Assembly (NCBI GenBank): GCA_965240325.2
Contig: OZ251233.1
Span: forward strand, 2,046,001-2,110,000
Direction of reading: 5' to 3'
DNA: 64,000 bases
Source of the DNA: Rebecca billardiae RCC1528
Taxonomy: Eukaryota > Protista > Haptophyta
The notes below the pieces were generated by a model. The model saw only the letters and a list, made by a program, of their open reading frames with translations. It did not search any database and was not told the DNA's origin. Positions 36,384-47,510 of the stretch are shown one piece after another. The translations under genes and the position numbers were made by a program. Within the stretch, counting starts at the first letter, position 1, and every line of letters starts with the position of its first letter.

Positions 36384-38864
36384 TCACGCGCGCGCACAAT
36401 CGCGGTAGAGGCCGTCGAAGGATCGCCGCGCGCGCCCCCCGCCCGAAGCGCCGTCACTTTCGCTCGCGTCGACACCGCCGCCATCCGCGCCCCCGTCCAC
36501 GTCGAGGGCATACAGCCTCGCACCGCGCAGCCGCACGTGCAGCTGGGCGTGCACGCCGCGCATCGCGCGCCCGTCAGTGCCGATGTGCGGCCCGCGCACG
36601 CCAACACGCATCACGCATGGCCGGGGCGGTGGATTGCCCTGCGCCCCAGCCCCGTCCGGAGGCGCGCGCTCAGTGAACGTGTGCGCTGCGACGTCCAGTG
36701 CGGCGAGTGGCGCGAGCGTCGGGAGGCCGCGCGTGTGCAGCAGGCTGAGCTCCACGCTGCCGTCCGCTCCGCCGCGGCGAGAGAGAGGCTCGACGAGCAC
36801 GGCTATGGCCGGCAGCCCGCGCCGCGCGCCCCTCCCGGCGCCGAGCTCGACGGGCTTGCTCCACGCCTCGCCGGGCGCCGCGTCGTCCCGCGGCTGCAGG
36901 CCGCCGAGCGCATGCAGCGGCCAGCGCGCGCCGTACGCTGTCGGCGGGCCTTTCCACTCGTGCGTGCCCGTGTGGCCCGTGTAGAAGAGCCACATGTGGC
37001 CGTGCGCGAAGACCGGCGCGCCGCACGGCGTGAGGACGCCCGAGTCGTCATCCGCCGCCCGCGGGCCCCGCGGCAGCAGCGGCTGCCGCGCGTACAGCCA
37101 GCCGGCATCAAAATGCATGCCGTCGCGTGCGGTCATGAGGTAAATGTCCACCGTGTCGCAGATGGGCTGCCCCGCGCGCAGCGCCGAGCAGTTGGGCGCA
37201 AAGAGCGGCACGTGCGCGGCCTTGGGGAAGTTGAGGATCACCGCGATGCCCACCGTCAGCGCCTGGGCCGGAGGCGCATCCTCCGGCGGCGAAGAGCTTC
37301 CTTCGGCGGCGGCGGCGGCGGCGGCGGCGGCGGAGAAGGAGGAGGCGGAGGCGGAGGCGGAGGAGGGTGCATTCTGAGACTCACGCGCAGCCGGCAGCGA
37401 CGACGACGGGTAGGGCGCCGCGTACAAGGTGTACGCCTGCATGCGATATCGGTCCGACTTGCCGTCGAGGTCGAAGTAGGCGACGACGCGCTCCCGCCAG
37501 AACGCAGCAGCCGAGCGCGACGTGCGCCCGAGCTCGCGCACCGACGCCTCCGCCTCGCGCACGTGCACGCCGCGGATCTCGCGCCAGCGCGGCCGGCCGG
37601 TCGGGTCGAGCGTGCAGTGGTGGGAGCGAGTGGAGAGCATCGCGCGGCCGCGGCCGGGGTGGTAGTACACGTGGGTGCACGTGTCGCCCGGCGCAGGTAT
37701 GAGCGAGTGGTTGGAGGACAGCCGCTCCCACATGCGCAGCCGCTTCACGTTGCATCGCACCCGCTTGCCACGGTCGTCCCGATCATCGGTGAGCCAGCTG
37801 CCGCGCTTGCCCTCGGCAAAGCCCGCGGGCAGCTGCGGCCGCGCGCTGCCGTTGCGAGGCTCGTCCACAGAATCTGGCTGGCCAAAGTCGAGCGCGCGGG
37901 CGCTCAGCGCGGGTCCGCGCTGCTTGTAGCTCGCCGCGTAGAGCCGCGGCTGCCGCAGCTTGCACGCCACGGCGCCATCGCCCGCGGCGAGCCACACGGG
38001 CGGGCCAGCGCCGTCGTCGACGCGCGAGATGCACACATCGAAGCCCGGGTTTGGCGCGAAGGAGGGCTTGTGCGAAGACGCGCTCCACGCGAGCCCGTCG
38101 TCGGAGCGCCAGATGCGCATGCGGTGCGTGAGCACGAACTGCTTGCCGTCGTGGAACGCCGCGCAGTACGAGTCCACCTCGCCGCGCTCGATGCCGCTCA
38201 GCCGCAGCCTCTCCGGCGGGCGCAAGGCGCGCGCGACGTTGCGCCACGCGTGCAGCGCGCGGTCGTCGAGCAGCGGCACTGCGCCGTGCGCCAGGAGCGA
38301 GGAGGGCTCCGCGTGCTCGTGCGCTTGCGCTTGCGCGCGCGCTTGGACCGGGCACCACGAGCACTCGTCCATGTGCGCGGTGTCGCAGTGGGCCGTCTCG
38401 AAGGTCGCGTGCTTGGTCATGTTGTCGCGCCGCAGCAGCAGCGAGTGCCGCTCGATCGTCTGCGCAAAGCCCACCTCGAGCTCGCGGAGCGCGCGGGCGT
38501 CCGGTGGGGCCCATGCGGCCCACGGCGGCACGTGCCGCGGCGGCGTGGCGCTGCTGCTCGCCACGTTGAACGATGCCGCCGCTGCTCCGCCAAGCTCGGC
38601 TCCCTCATCGGCTCGCCTCCGCGCCGCAGGCGGTGCGCCCAGGCTTGGACCATGCCGATGGTAGTGATCAGACGCGTCATCGCGGTGTGCAAGCTCGGGC
38701 GCGCCATGCGCGAGGGCAGCGAGCAGCGTCACTGTAGCGGCCGCCGCCGCGGCAGCGGCACGGAAGGATCGAGCACGAGCTAGGGGCAACGCTCTGCCAT
38801 CACGCGTGCGCATCGTGCGATGGCGTGCGTATGGTGAAGATGGCGGCCATGCGGCCTCCGGCAT
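36384..38864 (-). CDS. Probable type II membrane beta-propeller glycoside-hydrolase-like protein
   Basis: Long codon-biased ORF with an N-terminal hydrophobic anchor. Propeller-like motifs WRSDDGLAW, DIYLMTARDGMHF, DDDSGVL, HMWLFYTG. Family not resolved. Confidence 0.5.
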   Translation of the reverse strand: MPEAAWPPSSPYARHRTMRTRDGRALPLARARSFRAAAAAAAATVTLLAALAHGAPELAHRDDASDHYHRHGPSLGAPPAARRRADEGAELGGAAAASFNVASSSATPPRHVPPWAAWAPPDARALRELEVGFAQTIERHSLLLRRDNMTKHATFETAHCDTAHMDECSWCPVQARAQAQAHEHAEPSSLLAHGAVPLLDDRALHAWRNVARALRPPERLRLSGIERGEVDSYCAAFHDGKQFVLTHRMRIWRSDDGLAWSASSHKPSFAPNPGFDVCISRVDDGAGPPVWLAAGDGAVACKLRQPRLYAASYKQRGPALSARALDFGQPDSVDEPRNGSARPQLPAGFAEGKRGSWLTDDRDDRGKRVRCNVKRLRMWERLSSNHSLIPAPGDTCTHVYYHPGRGRAMLSTRSHHCTLDPTGRPRWREIRGVHVREAEASVRELGRTSRSAAAFWRERVVAYFDLDGKSDRYRMQAYTLYAAPYPSSSLPAARESQNAPSSASASASSFSAAAAAAAAAEGSSSPPEDAPPAQALTVGIAVILNFPKAAHVPLFAPNCSALRAGQPICDTVDIYLMTARDGMHFDAGWLYARQPLLPRGPRAADDDSGVLTPCGAPVFAHGHMWLFYTGHTGTHEWKGPPTAYGARWPLHALGGLQPRDDAAPGEAWSKPVELGAGRGARRGLPAIAVLVEPLSRRGGADGSVELSLLHTRGLPTLAPLAALDVAAHTFTERAPPDGAGAQGNPPPRPCVMRVGVRGPHIGTDGRAMRGVHAQLHVRLRGARLYALDVDGGADGGGVDASESDGASGGGRARRSFDGLYRDCARA

Positions 38865-39526
38865 CGCCCTTGTCAACTGGCGGGGCAGTTCTTGATTGGG
38901 CGACGAATCCGATTTGGAATTGGATTCGCGATCGGCGGCCGGAAAGTGCTTGCGGAACAATTCGACGTCATGACGACGCACGATGGCGGATGCCCGCCAC
39001 GCCGCTTGGCAATGGGCAAATCGCGCCTGCGCACGCACGCCGCCGGATAGACAGCGCGCAGGTAGCTGCGGACGTGCGCGAGGATGGACTGGCGGTGCAT
39101 GAGGGGCGTTGAGGCACCCTACGCCCACACGGTGGGCTGCCCAGGGCCGACACACGGGCGCGCGAGGAGAATCAGGTGCACATTGAACATCCGATCGCGC
39201 CTGGCAGATGCGATCGGATGGCAACGACGATAGCGCATGTGAGCAAGCGCGCATGTCAGGTAGTGCGTAGTACGCGATGACGACGCTCATGCTGACGCGT
39301 CACGGCGATCACTACAGTAGGCATTGCTGACAAGATAATCGGCGCGGTGGGGCTGGCCCGCTGGCGCGATGACAGCGTTACTCCGCCTCGCCGTTTAGAC
39401 AAGCGCGTGGAGAATCGATGACCTGACTGATGGCGCATTGGCGCCTGACTGCTGGACGATACGGATATAAATAGGTATGTGTACCTAGTAAAAATCACGC
39501 GCGATATCGCTGTCTACTGCTGACGA

Positions 39527-41566
39527 TCATGCGCGGCGCTCTTGCTGCAGTGGTGGGGAGTCGCGCGCCAGCACGCTTCCGACTGGGATGGTGGCGTGCG
39601 CCTGAGACATGGATCCCTCGCACCAGATGTGGCAAGCCTTCCAGCGGTACCTGAAGAGGCACGCCTCACGCGTCGCGTCGTCTGTCCAGCCGCTCGTGTC
39701 CCCGCCAAAGAGGGAGCAGGGAAGAGTTGGAGGTGGCGGCAGCGCTGGTGGTCCGTTCGCACCGCTTGCGTGGTGCCGCACGAGTGGTGCTGCGGTGGGC
39801 CCAGCGAGCACAAACTTGGAGCTCGCGTCCCAGTGCGCAGCGAGCTCGGGCGCTGTGGGCACGCTCCGCCGCTTGCCGTACGGGAAGATGCACTGCCGCA
39901 CGGAGTCAAGCTGCCCGCTGTTGCCATCGACGCCGCGCCGCTTGGGCCACGCGCTCCCCTCGGCCGCCTCAAAGTCGACGAGCTCCTGGTGCAGCAGCCC
40001 GTTGTCGTTGGGGGCGGCGCCGAGGATGACTGTGTGCACGCCCAGGAAGCACGCGAGGACGGCGAGCAGCCCGTCCAGCGAGCTGTACTCGTACCACGCG
40101 AACGAGTTGTTCGCGCTCTTGGCGGCCCTGCCGATGTCGTAGTGCGCACCGTTGCCGCAGATCGCGCTCCGCCAGTGCACCACGTAGGCTTTTGGGTCAG
40201 CAGCCATGCCTGGAGCGCGCAGCAGCAAGTGTTCGACGACATCGCTCGGAGCGAGCTTGCCCGCGCGTGCGGCCTGGACCCAGCGCGTCGAATTGAGCGC
40301 AGCATCGAGCTTCGCCTGCTCGTCCAGCCTCGAGTGCCCAGCGGTTCCGCACAGGCTGACGGCGGGCACGCCAGTCACGAGCACGGTCGCGGCGAGGGAC
40401 TCTCCGCCCAGCGCGGCAGGAAACCGCTCGAGCGTGCGGTTGAGCGCCTGCGCCAGGTGCAGCCGCCGGGCGATCTCCGCCAGCCGTGGCCCGACGCGCG
40501 ACGGCCGCGCGCGCTCGTGCTCAGCCTCGGCGCGCTCGAGCGCGTCGATCTCGATCAGCATCTCGGCGATGGCGGTCGCCTTGGAGAGCGAGGCGAACGG
40601 AGCGGAGACGCGCATGGACACGCCTGTGCCGCGCCAGATGTTGGCCCACGTGCCGCAGGTCGGCGGGCAATGCCTGAGCAGCGGCCCGCCGAGCTGCTCC
40701 ACCTCAAGCAGGTCGCCGTCACGCAGCTCTCGAAGCCGCTGCAGCCGGCCGGCCAGCCCACCCGCCAGGCTGTGCAGCGGATCGGTCGCACCGTTGGGCA
40801 GCGGCAGCGGCAGCGCAGGCTCATTCAACTCCCAAGATGCGCGAGACGGGCGCACCCACGGCGCCTCCGTAGTCGCGTTGGTCGGGCGACGGGCGCCGCC
40901 GACGCCCAACGCCGCGCCGACCCTGTGCTGCTCGTCGTGCACCGCGCGCACATCGGCCGCGCGCATGCCCACCGGCCACCACACGTACCGCACGATGGCG
41001 GACACGCTCGTCCACGATGGCTGCGGGCCGTGGCGCACTGCGAAGGCGGAGAAGAGGCGCATCGCGCCGTCCGCCACGTCCGCCCGCGGCACGTGCAGCA
41101 CGGGCTGGTGCCAGGGCTCGAGCCCGCTCTGGGTCGGTAGCCAAACCTTCCTGCTCTTCGCGTGCTTGAGCTTCCGCGGCGCGTACGAGTAGAAGATGCC
41201 CCTGGGCACGTATGGCAGCCGGGGCGGGTCGCCACCCACGCCGAGCGAGGGCGAGAGAGGTGCACACGGCGCAGCGGGCACGAAGAGCTGCGCGCGAGAC
41301 GGGTCACACGCGTAGAAGTAGTCGAGGGACTCGAAGAGCTCGATGAGCTCACGCGGGCCGCAGCTGTCGACGTGCGCGCGCGCCGCCGGGTAGACAGCGC
41401 GTAGGTAGCTGCGGACGAGCGCGAGGATGGTCGGGTGGTGCGTGGGTGGCGATGCCGCTCCCTGCAATGCCGTCGTCGGCTGGCCACGCAGGCTGCTGAA
41501 ACAGGCGTGCAACACGAGCACCAAGGCCAGCAAGCGGCGTGATCCCGGCTTCGCCGCGGCGGCCAT
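39527..41566 (-). CDS. Uncharacterised protein with signal/anchor peptide
   Basis: 679-aa intronless ORF with hydrophobic N-terminus (LLALVLVLHACFSSL) and Cys/Trp-containing globular segments (CGTWANIWRGTGV). Confidence 0.7.
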   Translation of the reverse strand: MAAAAKPGSRRLLALVLVLHACFSSLRGQPTTALQGAASPPTHHPTILALVRSYLRAVYPAARAHVDSCGPRELIELFESLDYFYACDPSRAQLFVPAAPCAPLSPSLGVGGDPPRLPYVPRGIFYSYAPRKLKHAKSRKVWLPTQSGLEPWHQPVLHVPRADVADGAMRLFSAFAVRHGPQPSWTSVSAIVRYVWWPVGMRAADVRAVHDEQHRVGAALGVGGARRPTNATTEAPWVRPSRASWELNEPALPLPLPNGATDPLHSLAGGLAGRLQRLRELRDGDLLEVEQLGGPLLRHCPPTCGTWANIWRGTGVSMRVSAPFASLSKATAIAEMLIEIDALERAEAEHERARPSRVGPRLAEIARRLHLAQALNRTLERFPAALGGESLAATVLVTGVPAVSLCGTAGHSRLDEQAKLDAALNSTRWVQAARAGKLAPSDVVEHLLLRAPGMAADPKAYVVHWRSAICGNGAHYDIGRAAKSANNSFAWYEYSSLDGLLAVLACFLGVHTVILGAAPNDNGLLHQELVDFEAAEGSAWPKRRGVDGNSGQLDSVRQCIFPYGKRRSVPTAPELAAHWDASSKFVLAGPTAAPLVRHHASGANGPPALPPPPTLPCSLFGGDTSGWTDDATREACLFRYRWKACHIWCEGSMSQAHATIPVGSVLARDSPPLQQERRA

Positions 41567-41715
41567 GCTGAGGCCAGATGATCGGGAGATCGGGAGATCG
41601 TCGTCGGAGCGGTGCAGATGGGACGAAACAATTTGCTCTCGTGGGACTGACCGCCGATTCTATGTCGTTTTATTTCACTGAATTGCAGGCCCTGCACCTG
41701 TGCATCCAGTGTACG

Positions 41716-43179
41716 ATGGAGACGGCGCGATGGCGGGCGCAATCACCACGTTCTCCGGGGGCGGCGGTGCGGCTGGCCGACTTGCCGCCCGAGGTCGTGG
41801 GGCGCGTGCTCGGCTTCCTTGAAGATGTTGGCGACCTCGCCGCCGCGAACGCCGCCACCCGCCTCTTCCGCGGCATGCCGCTCGAGCACGCGCTGCGCGA
41901 GCGCGTGCGCATGCGCGGGCACGCGCTGCCGACGGCGCCGTCTGCAGGCGTGCGCACATGGACAGAGGAGTTGTTCGCGCGTGAGCGCGTGAGCGAGCTC
42001 GCTCGCGCACACACGCACGTCCTGGCCGCCGGCGGCGCCGCCTCCGACTTCACGTTCAGCGCGTTTGTCGACGCGGAGGGCGGCCTGTACGCGTGCGGCG
42101 AGCATCGCGTCTGCGAAGCGTCCGTGTGGCGCATTCGGTGCCCCACGGCGACTGGCCTCTGCGAGCAGCTGGGCTCGCCCGCACTCGTCCCGACGCGCGT
42201 CGCCGCGCTCTCGGGCGTGCGCGTGCGCGCCGTGGCTGCCGGCAGCGCGCACCTGCTCGCGCTGAGCGACGCCGGCGCCGTGTACGCGTGCGGCGAGAAC
42301 TGGTTTGGCCAGCTGGGCGTGGGCGACCGGACCGAGCGGCGGTTGTTCGCGCCGCTGCCGGCGCTGCGCGCGGAGCACGTTGTCGGCATCTCCGCCGGGA
42401 TCCACCACAGCCTCGCGCACACCGCGGGCGGGTGCGCGCACAGCTGGGGCGGCAACTACCGCTCGCAGCTGGGCCGCGCCGCAGCGGACGGCCTCGAGCT
42501 GGAGCCACGGCGCGTGGAGGGGCTGGGCGGCGTGCGCGTGGGCGGCGTGGCGGCGGGTGGGTACTTCACGCTGCTGCTCTCGGCGTGCGGGGCCGTGTAC
42601 TGGTGCGGCAGCGCGCACGCGCGCGGTGCCAAGCAGGACCAGCCCACACCGACGCGCATCGAGGCGCTCGCTGCCGTGCGCGCCGTGCACGTGAGTGCGG
42701 GCCTGCAGCAGAGCCTTGTCGTGGACGCCGCGGGCGGCGTGCACTCCTTTGGCGTCGGCACCGCCGGCGTGCTGGGCCACGGCGACGAGTCCGACCAGCG
42801 CGCGCCCAAGCGTATCGGGGCGCTTGCGGGCGTGCACGCCGTGCGCGCGTGCGCGGGCATTGACGGCAGCGCGGTGCTGTGCGCAGACGGCAGCGTGCAC
42901 ACGTTCGGTGCCAACCAATGCGGCCAGCTCGGCGTGGGGCAATGCACGTGCCACTGGGTACCGCAGCCCGTGGGCGCCCTCGCGCACGCACGGGTCGTCG
43001 GCTGCTCGCTCGGCCGCGCCCACGCGCTCTTTCTGACGGCGGACGGCGGCGTGCACTCGTGCGGCAAGCAGTCGGGCGCGCTCGGCCACGGCGTTGGCCT
43101 GGGCACGGGTATGTCCGCCCTGAGGGCTCCGACCCGTGTGGCGCAGCTGGCGCCGCTCTGCAGCCGTGCGCTGCACTGA
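41716..43179 (+). CDS. F-box plus RCC1-repeat protein
   Basis: LADLPPEVVGRVLGFL F-box; repeated VAAGSAHLLAL...GAVYACGENWFGQLGVG RCC1 blades. Confidence 0.88.
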   Translation: METARWRAQSPRSPGAAVRLADLPPEVVGRVLGFLEDVGDLAAANAATRLFRGMPLEHALRERVRMRGHALPTAPSAGVRTWTEELFARERVSELARAHTHVLAAGGAASDFTFSAFVDAEGGLYACGEHRVCEASVWRIRCPTATGLCEQLGSPALVPTRVAALSGVRVRAVAAGSAHLLALSDAGAVYACGENWFGQLGVGDRTERRLFAPLPALRAEHVVGISAGIHHSLAHTAGGCAHSWGGNYRSQLGRAAADGLELEPRRVEGLGGVRVGGVAAGGYFTLLLSACGAVYWCGSAHARGAKQDQPTPTRIEALAAVRAVHVSAGLQQSLVVDAAGGVHSFGVGTAGVLGHGDESDQRAPKRIGALAGVHAVRACAGIDGSAVLCADGSVHTFGANQCGQLGVGQCTCHWVPQPVGALAHARVVGCSLGRAHALFLTADGGVHSCGKQSGALGHGVGLGTGMSALRAPTRVAQLAPLCSRALH

Positions 43180-44304
43180 CTATCTACGTCGTCGGCCTTG
43201 CCTGCAGGCAGGCGGGAGGCACCGCGCGCACAGCAGTCAGCAGCTAACATGAAGCCGGTCGGCGCCGTCACTGGACTACTAGTACTACTAGGAACAATGA
43301 GGCCGGTCGAATAATAACGACGTTTTTTGATTATTAGGCACGCGGGCTGCGGCACGCCTCGGGAATCGAGAAGGCGCATGTTGTTATACCTTTTTGCTGC
43401 TGAGCGCGCATCATAGTATAGGGACGATGTCGTTGCGATTTCCACTACGCGTACTGTATCAGACGCCGCCTTTAATTTTTTTCCTACTCGACGATGACCA
43501 TATCGGCATCCGCGCTCGGACCACGAGGAACCGCGATGAGTGCTTTCGCCGCCGCGCCGCGTGCGCTCGGCACACACGATTGAGTAATAATAGAGTACGA
43601 CTAGTACAGTCCGCTCTCCGAACAATTGATTATTGCCTTACTATGGAGAGCACACCTGCACTGCTGCACATCACACCTTCTTCTGGCCGCCTAGGCTTGC
43701 ATTCTGACGGGCACCTGCGGCCCCAGCACTCTCCATTCGGTCGAGCTGCACCCACCCATCATGACTTCAGCCGGGTGGGTGACAATTGGAGGACTCCTCT
43801 GGGCAGCACGTGAAGCCGGCCAACTCGGACGTGACCGTGGCCGACAGGCTCTCGGCTGGCTCCCACACCCCTTTCAGCCCAGCTTGTAGCACAGCGCGCC
43901 GCGCTGATTTTCGGCCTCGTGTGCTGTGCTACAGGGCGCATACCCAATCAGCAGGTGGGCCGCTGGCAGGCTAGGTGCATCTGGTGCACTGTGGTGGCCA
44001 TTCCCCGACCACCACCCGCAGAGACGTGGCCTGCGCACTGAAACCGCACTGCTCACGCCAGGCTGTACTGCTAGGCTGGCTGCTAGGCAGAGTATCAAAC
44101 ATTCAAAGGCCATGGCAGCTGCAGCGCCAGGGCCCACTATACAGCTGCTACACTCCCAGCCAGCCAGCCCACAGCCTGCTCAGGGGGTGAATTTCCATCT
44201 CTGCCTACCCTCGTGGTTGCCGCCGTGCCGCCGTCGCTGGCGTAGAGCCGCGCGCGGCGCTGGCGCGCCAGACGCGCCCGGTTGGGCAGCGCAGGCACCC
44301 TCAG

Positions 44305-44424
44305 CGGCCAGGACGACGACTTCCTCAACGGCAAGGGCGACGACTTCCTCTGCGGCCAGGGCGACGACTTCCTCAACGGCAAGGACGACGACTTCCTCAA
44401 CGGCAAGGGCGACTACTCCCTCAA
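44305..44424. repeat. 24-bp minisatellite, 5 copies (CGGCAAGGGCGACGACTTCCTCAA)
   Basis: Units start at 44305, 44329, 44353, 44377 and 44401. Confidence 0.9.
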
Positions 44425-45686
44425 CTCGGCAAGGCCACTAGGCCGCGCACACCGGCCCGGGCGACCACATCCACTACCTGCACTACGGCATCAACTTGAA
44501 CAGCCTCGGACGACGACGACGCGGGCAACTACATGATGACCAAGGCCGACGACGACTGCAAAACAGCGGCATCCCCGGGCGCCTACTACCTCAGTGACCG
44601 TGTGATCAGCATCGGTTACGACGACTCCCTCACCCGCGGCCAACGCGCTCCGACATCCTCCATTAACTCCATTCAGTACTTCGACAGACGAATCAGGAGA
44701 GCTGCGCCCTCGTGCCTGTGTCTTTAAATCATAGAATTGGTCCAGGCTCCAGCACCCCCGCGCAGCACCTGTCAGCCGGTTGTGCGCCTGCACTCAATTT
44801 CTCTGACTGACTCAGCCCACACACTCACTCCCGCCCAGGCTCATACCGCCACCTTGACCTGGTCTGTAAGGGCTATAGGTGCAGTAACAGATAGCAGGCA
44901 GCAGTGGGACTCAAACAGTGACTGAGCTGGTATAGACAGCCAAACACAAGGGTAACCAATTGTTGAGATCACTGTAGTACTGTATGACAAACGAGCGCGC
45001 TGCTGCAGGAGGCAAAGGCCGCGCGCGACACGCAGAATGGCGCTCAGCCGGCGTGGCTCGACGACACTGCTGGCACTCGCACTCGCACGCACAGCGACGG
45101 CTGCACGTCTACGCCGTGCAGGTTGTGCTCGCCCAGCGCCTGCAGACCAGTGGGCCATCCACGGTGCGTGCCGTTGCCGCGCCGTCGTGCACGAGCGGCC
45201 GTGCGCAGCGACGACTGCATCGACGCGCGTCTCGCCGTGCGCCTCGGTGGGCCTTGCAGAAGTGCCGCGCTGCCGCGCCTGGCTTAATCGCACGCGCGAC
45301 TGCGGCGCGCCACCGCGGATGACTGGCGTTAGTCGGCGCTGAACAGCCAACTCGTCGCATCGTCGTCGGGTCTGCCGGCCCTGGCGGCAAGCTTCTCTGT
45401 CGCGTCCTAGACGCGCTGTGTTCGACCAGCCCCACCGGGACAAGGCCGCCAGGCCCCCGCAGTTATATGCCGCGCATGCAACGCACCGCCGTCGCACGGC
45501 AACTCAACGGCTGCAGCGCCTCGCGCCGCGCACGCGCCAAGTGCCCATCGACGCCAACCCGCGCCCTCGCTTCATTTTAGTTCCGGCGCGACCGCGACCG
45601 CGAGGTTCCGTTTGGCGCGAATTCTCGGTGCGGTCCGGAGCCAACGCGTGTCCGGGCGCCGCGGTGGCGTCGCTCACAAGTCACGA

Positions 45687-47510
45687 ATGGCGGCGAACGC
45701 CTCCGCGGCGGTCAGGCTCCTCTGGCGCAAGTCGGGGCGCGGCGACGCGCGTGCGACGTTCCTTCTGGCGCGGCGGGCTGAGGATGGCGACGGTGTCGCG
45801 CAGGACGAGCGCGAAGCCTTTCGTCTGTACACCCTCGCCGCTGAGCGCGGCTTTGCCGATGCGCAGGCGAGAATGGGCCACGTCTACGTGAACGGCTCAC
45901 TTGGGCAACCAAAGGACTTGGAGGCAGCCGCGCGCTGGTACCGACTGGCGGCCGACCAGGGCGTTGCTCAAGCGCAGTACATTCTGGGCGTGTGCTACGC
46001 GCGTGGCAAGGGTGTGCAGCAGGATTGGGGCGAGGCAATGCGCTGGTTACGGCTGGCGGCAGAGCAGGGCGATGCTCAAGCGCAGTGCGGTCTGGGCACG
46101 TGCTACGCGCAAGGCGATGGTGTGCAGCAGGACTTGGGCGAGGCAGCGCGCTGGTACCGGCTGGCGGCCGAGCAGGGCGATGCTCAAGCACAGTACAATC
46201 TGGGCGTGTGCTACGCGCAAGGTAAGGGAGTGCAGCAGGATTGGGGCGAGGCGGCGCGCTGGTACCGGCTGGCGGCCGAGCAGGGCTATGCTCACGCGCA
46301 GTGCGGTCTGGGCACGTGCTACGCGCAAGGCGATGGTGTGCAGCAGGACTTGGGCGAGGCAGCGCGCTGGTACCGGCTGGCGGCCGAGCAGGGCGATGCT
46401 CAAGCGCAGTGCGGTCTGGGCACGTGCTACTCTCAAGGCGATGGTGCGCAGCAGGATTGGGGCGAGGCAGCGCGCTGGTACCGGCTGGCGGCCGAGCAGG
46501 GCGATGCTCAAGCACATTACAATCTGGGCGTGTGCTACGCGCAAGGTAAGGGAGTGCAGCAGGACTTGGGCGAGGCGGCGCGCTGGTACCGGCTGGCGGC
46601 CGAGCAGGGCGATGCTCAAGCGCAGCACAATCTGGGCACGTGCTACGCGCAAGGCGATGGTGTGCAGCAGGACTTGGGCGAGGCGGTGCGCTGGTACCGG
46701 CTGGCGGCCGAGCAGGGCGATGCTGAAGCACAGTACAATCTGGGCACGTGCTACTCTCAAGGCGATGGTGCGCAGCAGGATTGGGGCGAGGCGGTGCGCT
46801 GGTACCGGCTGGCGGCAGAGCAGGGCTGTGCTCAAGCGCAGCACAATCTGGGCGCGTGCTACTCTCAATGCGATGGTGTGCAGCAGGATTGGGGCGAGGC
46901 GGTGCGCTGGTACCGGCTGGCGGCAGAGCAGGGCTGTGCTCAAGCGCAGCACAATCTGGGCGCGTGCTACTCTCAAGGCGATGGTGTGCAGCAGGATTGG
47001 GGCGAGGCGGTGCGCTGGTACCGGCTGGCGGCAGAGCAGGGCTGTGCTCAAGCGCAGCACAATCTGGGCGCGTGCTACTCTCAAGGCGATGGTGTGCAGC
47101 AGGATTGGGGCGAGGCAGCGCACTGGTACAACTCGGCTGCTGCTAGCGGGAGCGCACGTGCACACATCTCGCTGGGGTCGCTGAGGCTGCGGGGTGAGGG
47201 AGTGGAGCGTGACGTGGAGGAGGGCGCGCGGCTGCTGCGCTCCGGCCAAGAGCTCGATCCCGACCTCAGAGATCCAGCGTGCGATGTGCTGGCGTCGTTA
47301 GCTGGAGCGCGTGAGGTGGTCTCCCTGTGCTGCATCGCCTGCGGACAGACAGGCCGTGGTCTGAAGAAGTGCGAGCGGTGCCACGTGGCGGTCTTCTGCT
47401 CGCGTGAGCACCTGCGCAGCTCGTGGAAGGTGCACAAGCCCCACTGCAACGAGTGGTGCGCACAGGCAGCAGGTGAAGCCTCTGCCGCAGCTGCGCCCGC
47501 TGCCGTGTAG
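45687..47510 (+). CDS. Sel1-like repeat (14 repeats) plus MYND zinc finger protein, paralog 1
   Basis: 36-aa repeats GDAQAQYNLGVCYAQGxGVQQDWGEAARWYRLAAEQ; C-terminal CIAC...CERC...FCSREH...W..HKPHC. Confidence 0.93.
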   Translation: MAANASAAVRLLWRKSGRGDARATFLLARRAEDGDGVAQDEREAFRLYTLAAERGFADAQARMGHVYVNGSLGQPKDLEAAARWYRLAADQGVAQAQYILGVCYARGKGVQQDWGEAMRWLRLAAEQGDAQAQCGLGTCYAQGDGVQQDLGEAARWYRLAAEQGDAQAQYNLGVCYAQGKGVQQDWGEAARWYRLAAEQGYAHAQCGLGTCYAQGDGVQQDLGEAARWYRLAAEQGDAQAQCGLGTCYSQGDGAQQDWGEAARWYRLAAEQGDAQAHYNLGVCYAQGKGVQQDLGEAARWYRLAAEQGDAQAQHNLGTCYAQGDGVQQDLGEAVRWYRLAAEQGDAEAQYNLGTCYSQGDGAQQDWGEAVRWYRLAAEQGCAQAQHNLGACYSQCDGVQQDWGEAVRWYRLAAEQGCAQAQHNLGACYSQGDGVQQDWGEAVRWYRLAAEQGCAQAQHNLGACYSQGDGVQQDWGEAAHWYNSAAASGSARAHISLGSLRLRGEGVERDVEEGARLLRSGQELDPDLRDPACDVLASLAGAREVVSLCCIACGQTGRGLKKCERCHVAVFCSREHLRSSWKVHKPHCNEWCAQAAGEASAAAAPAAV

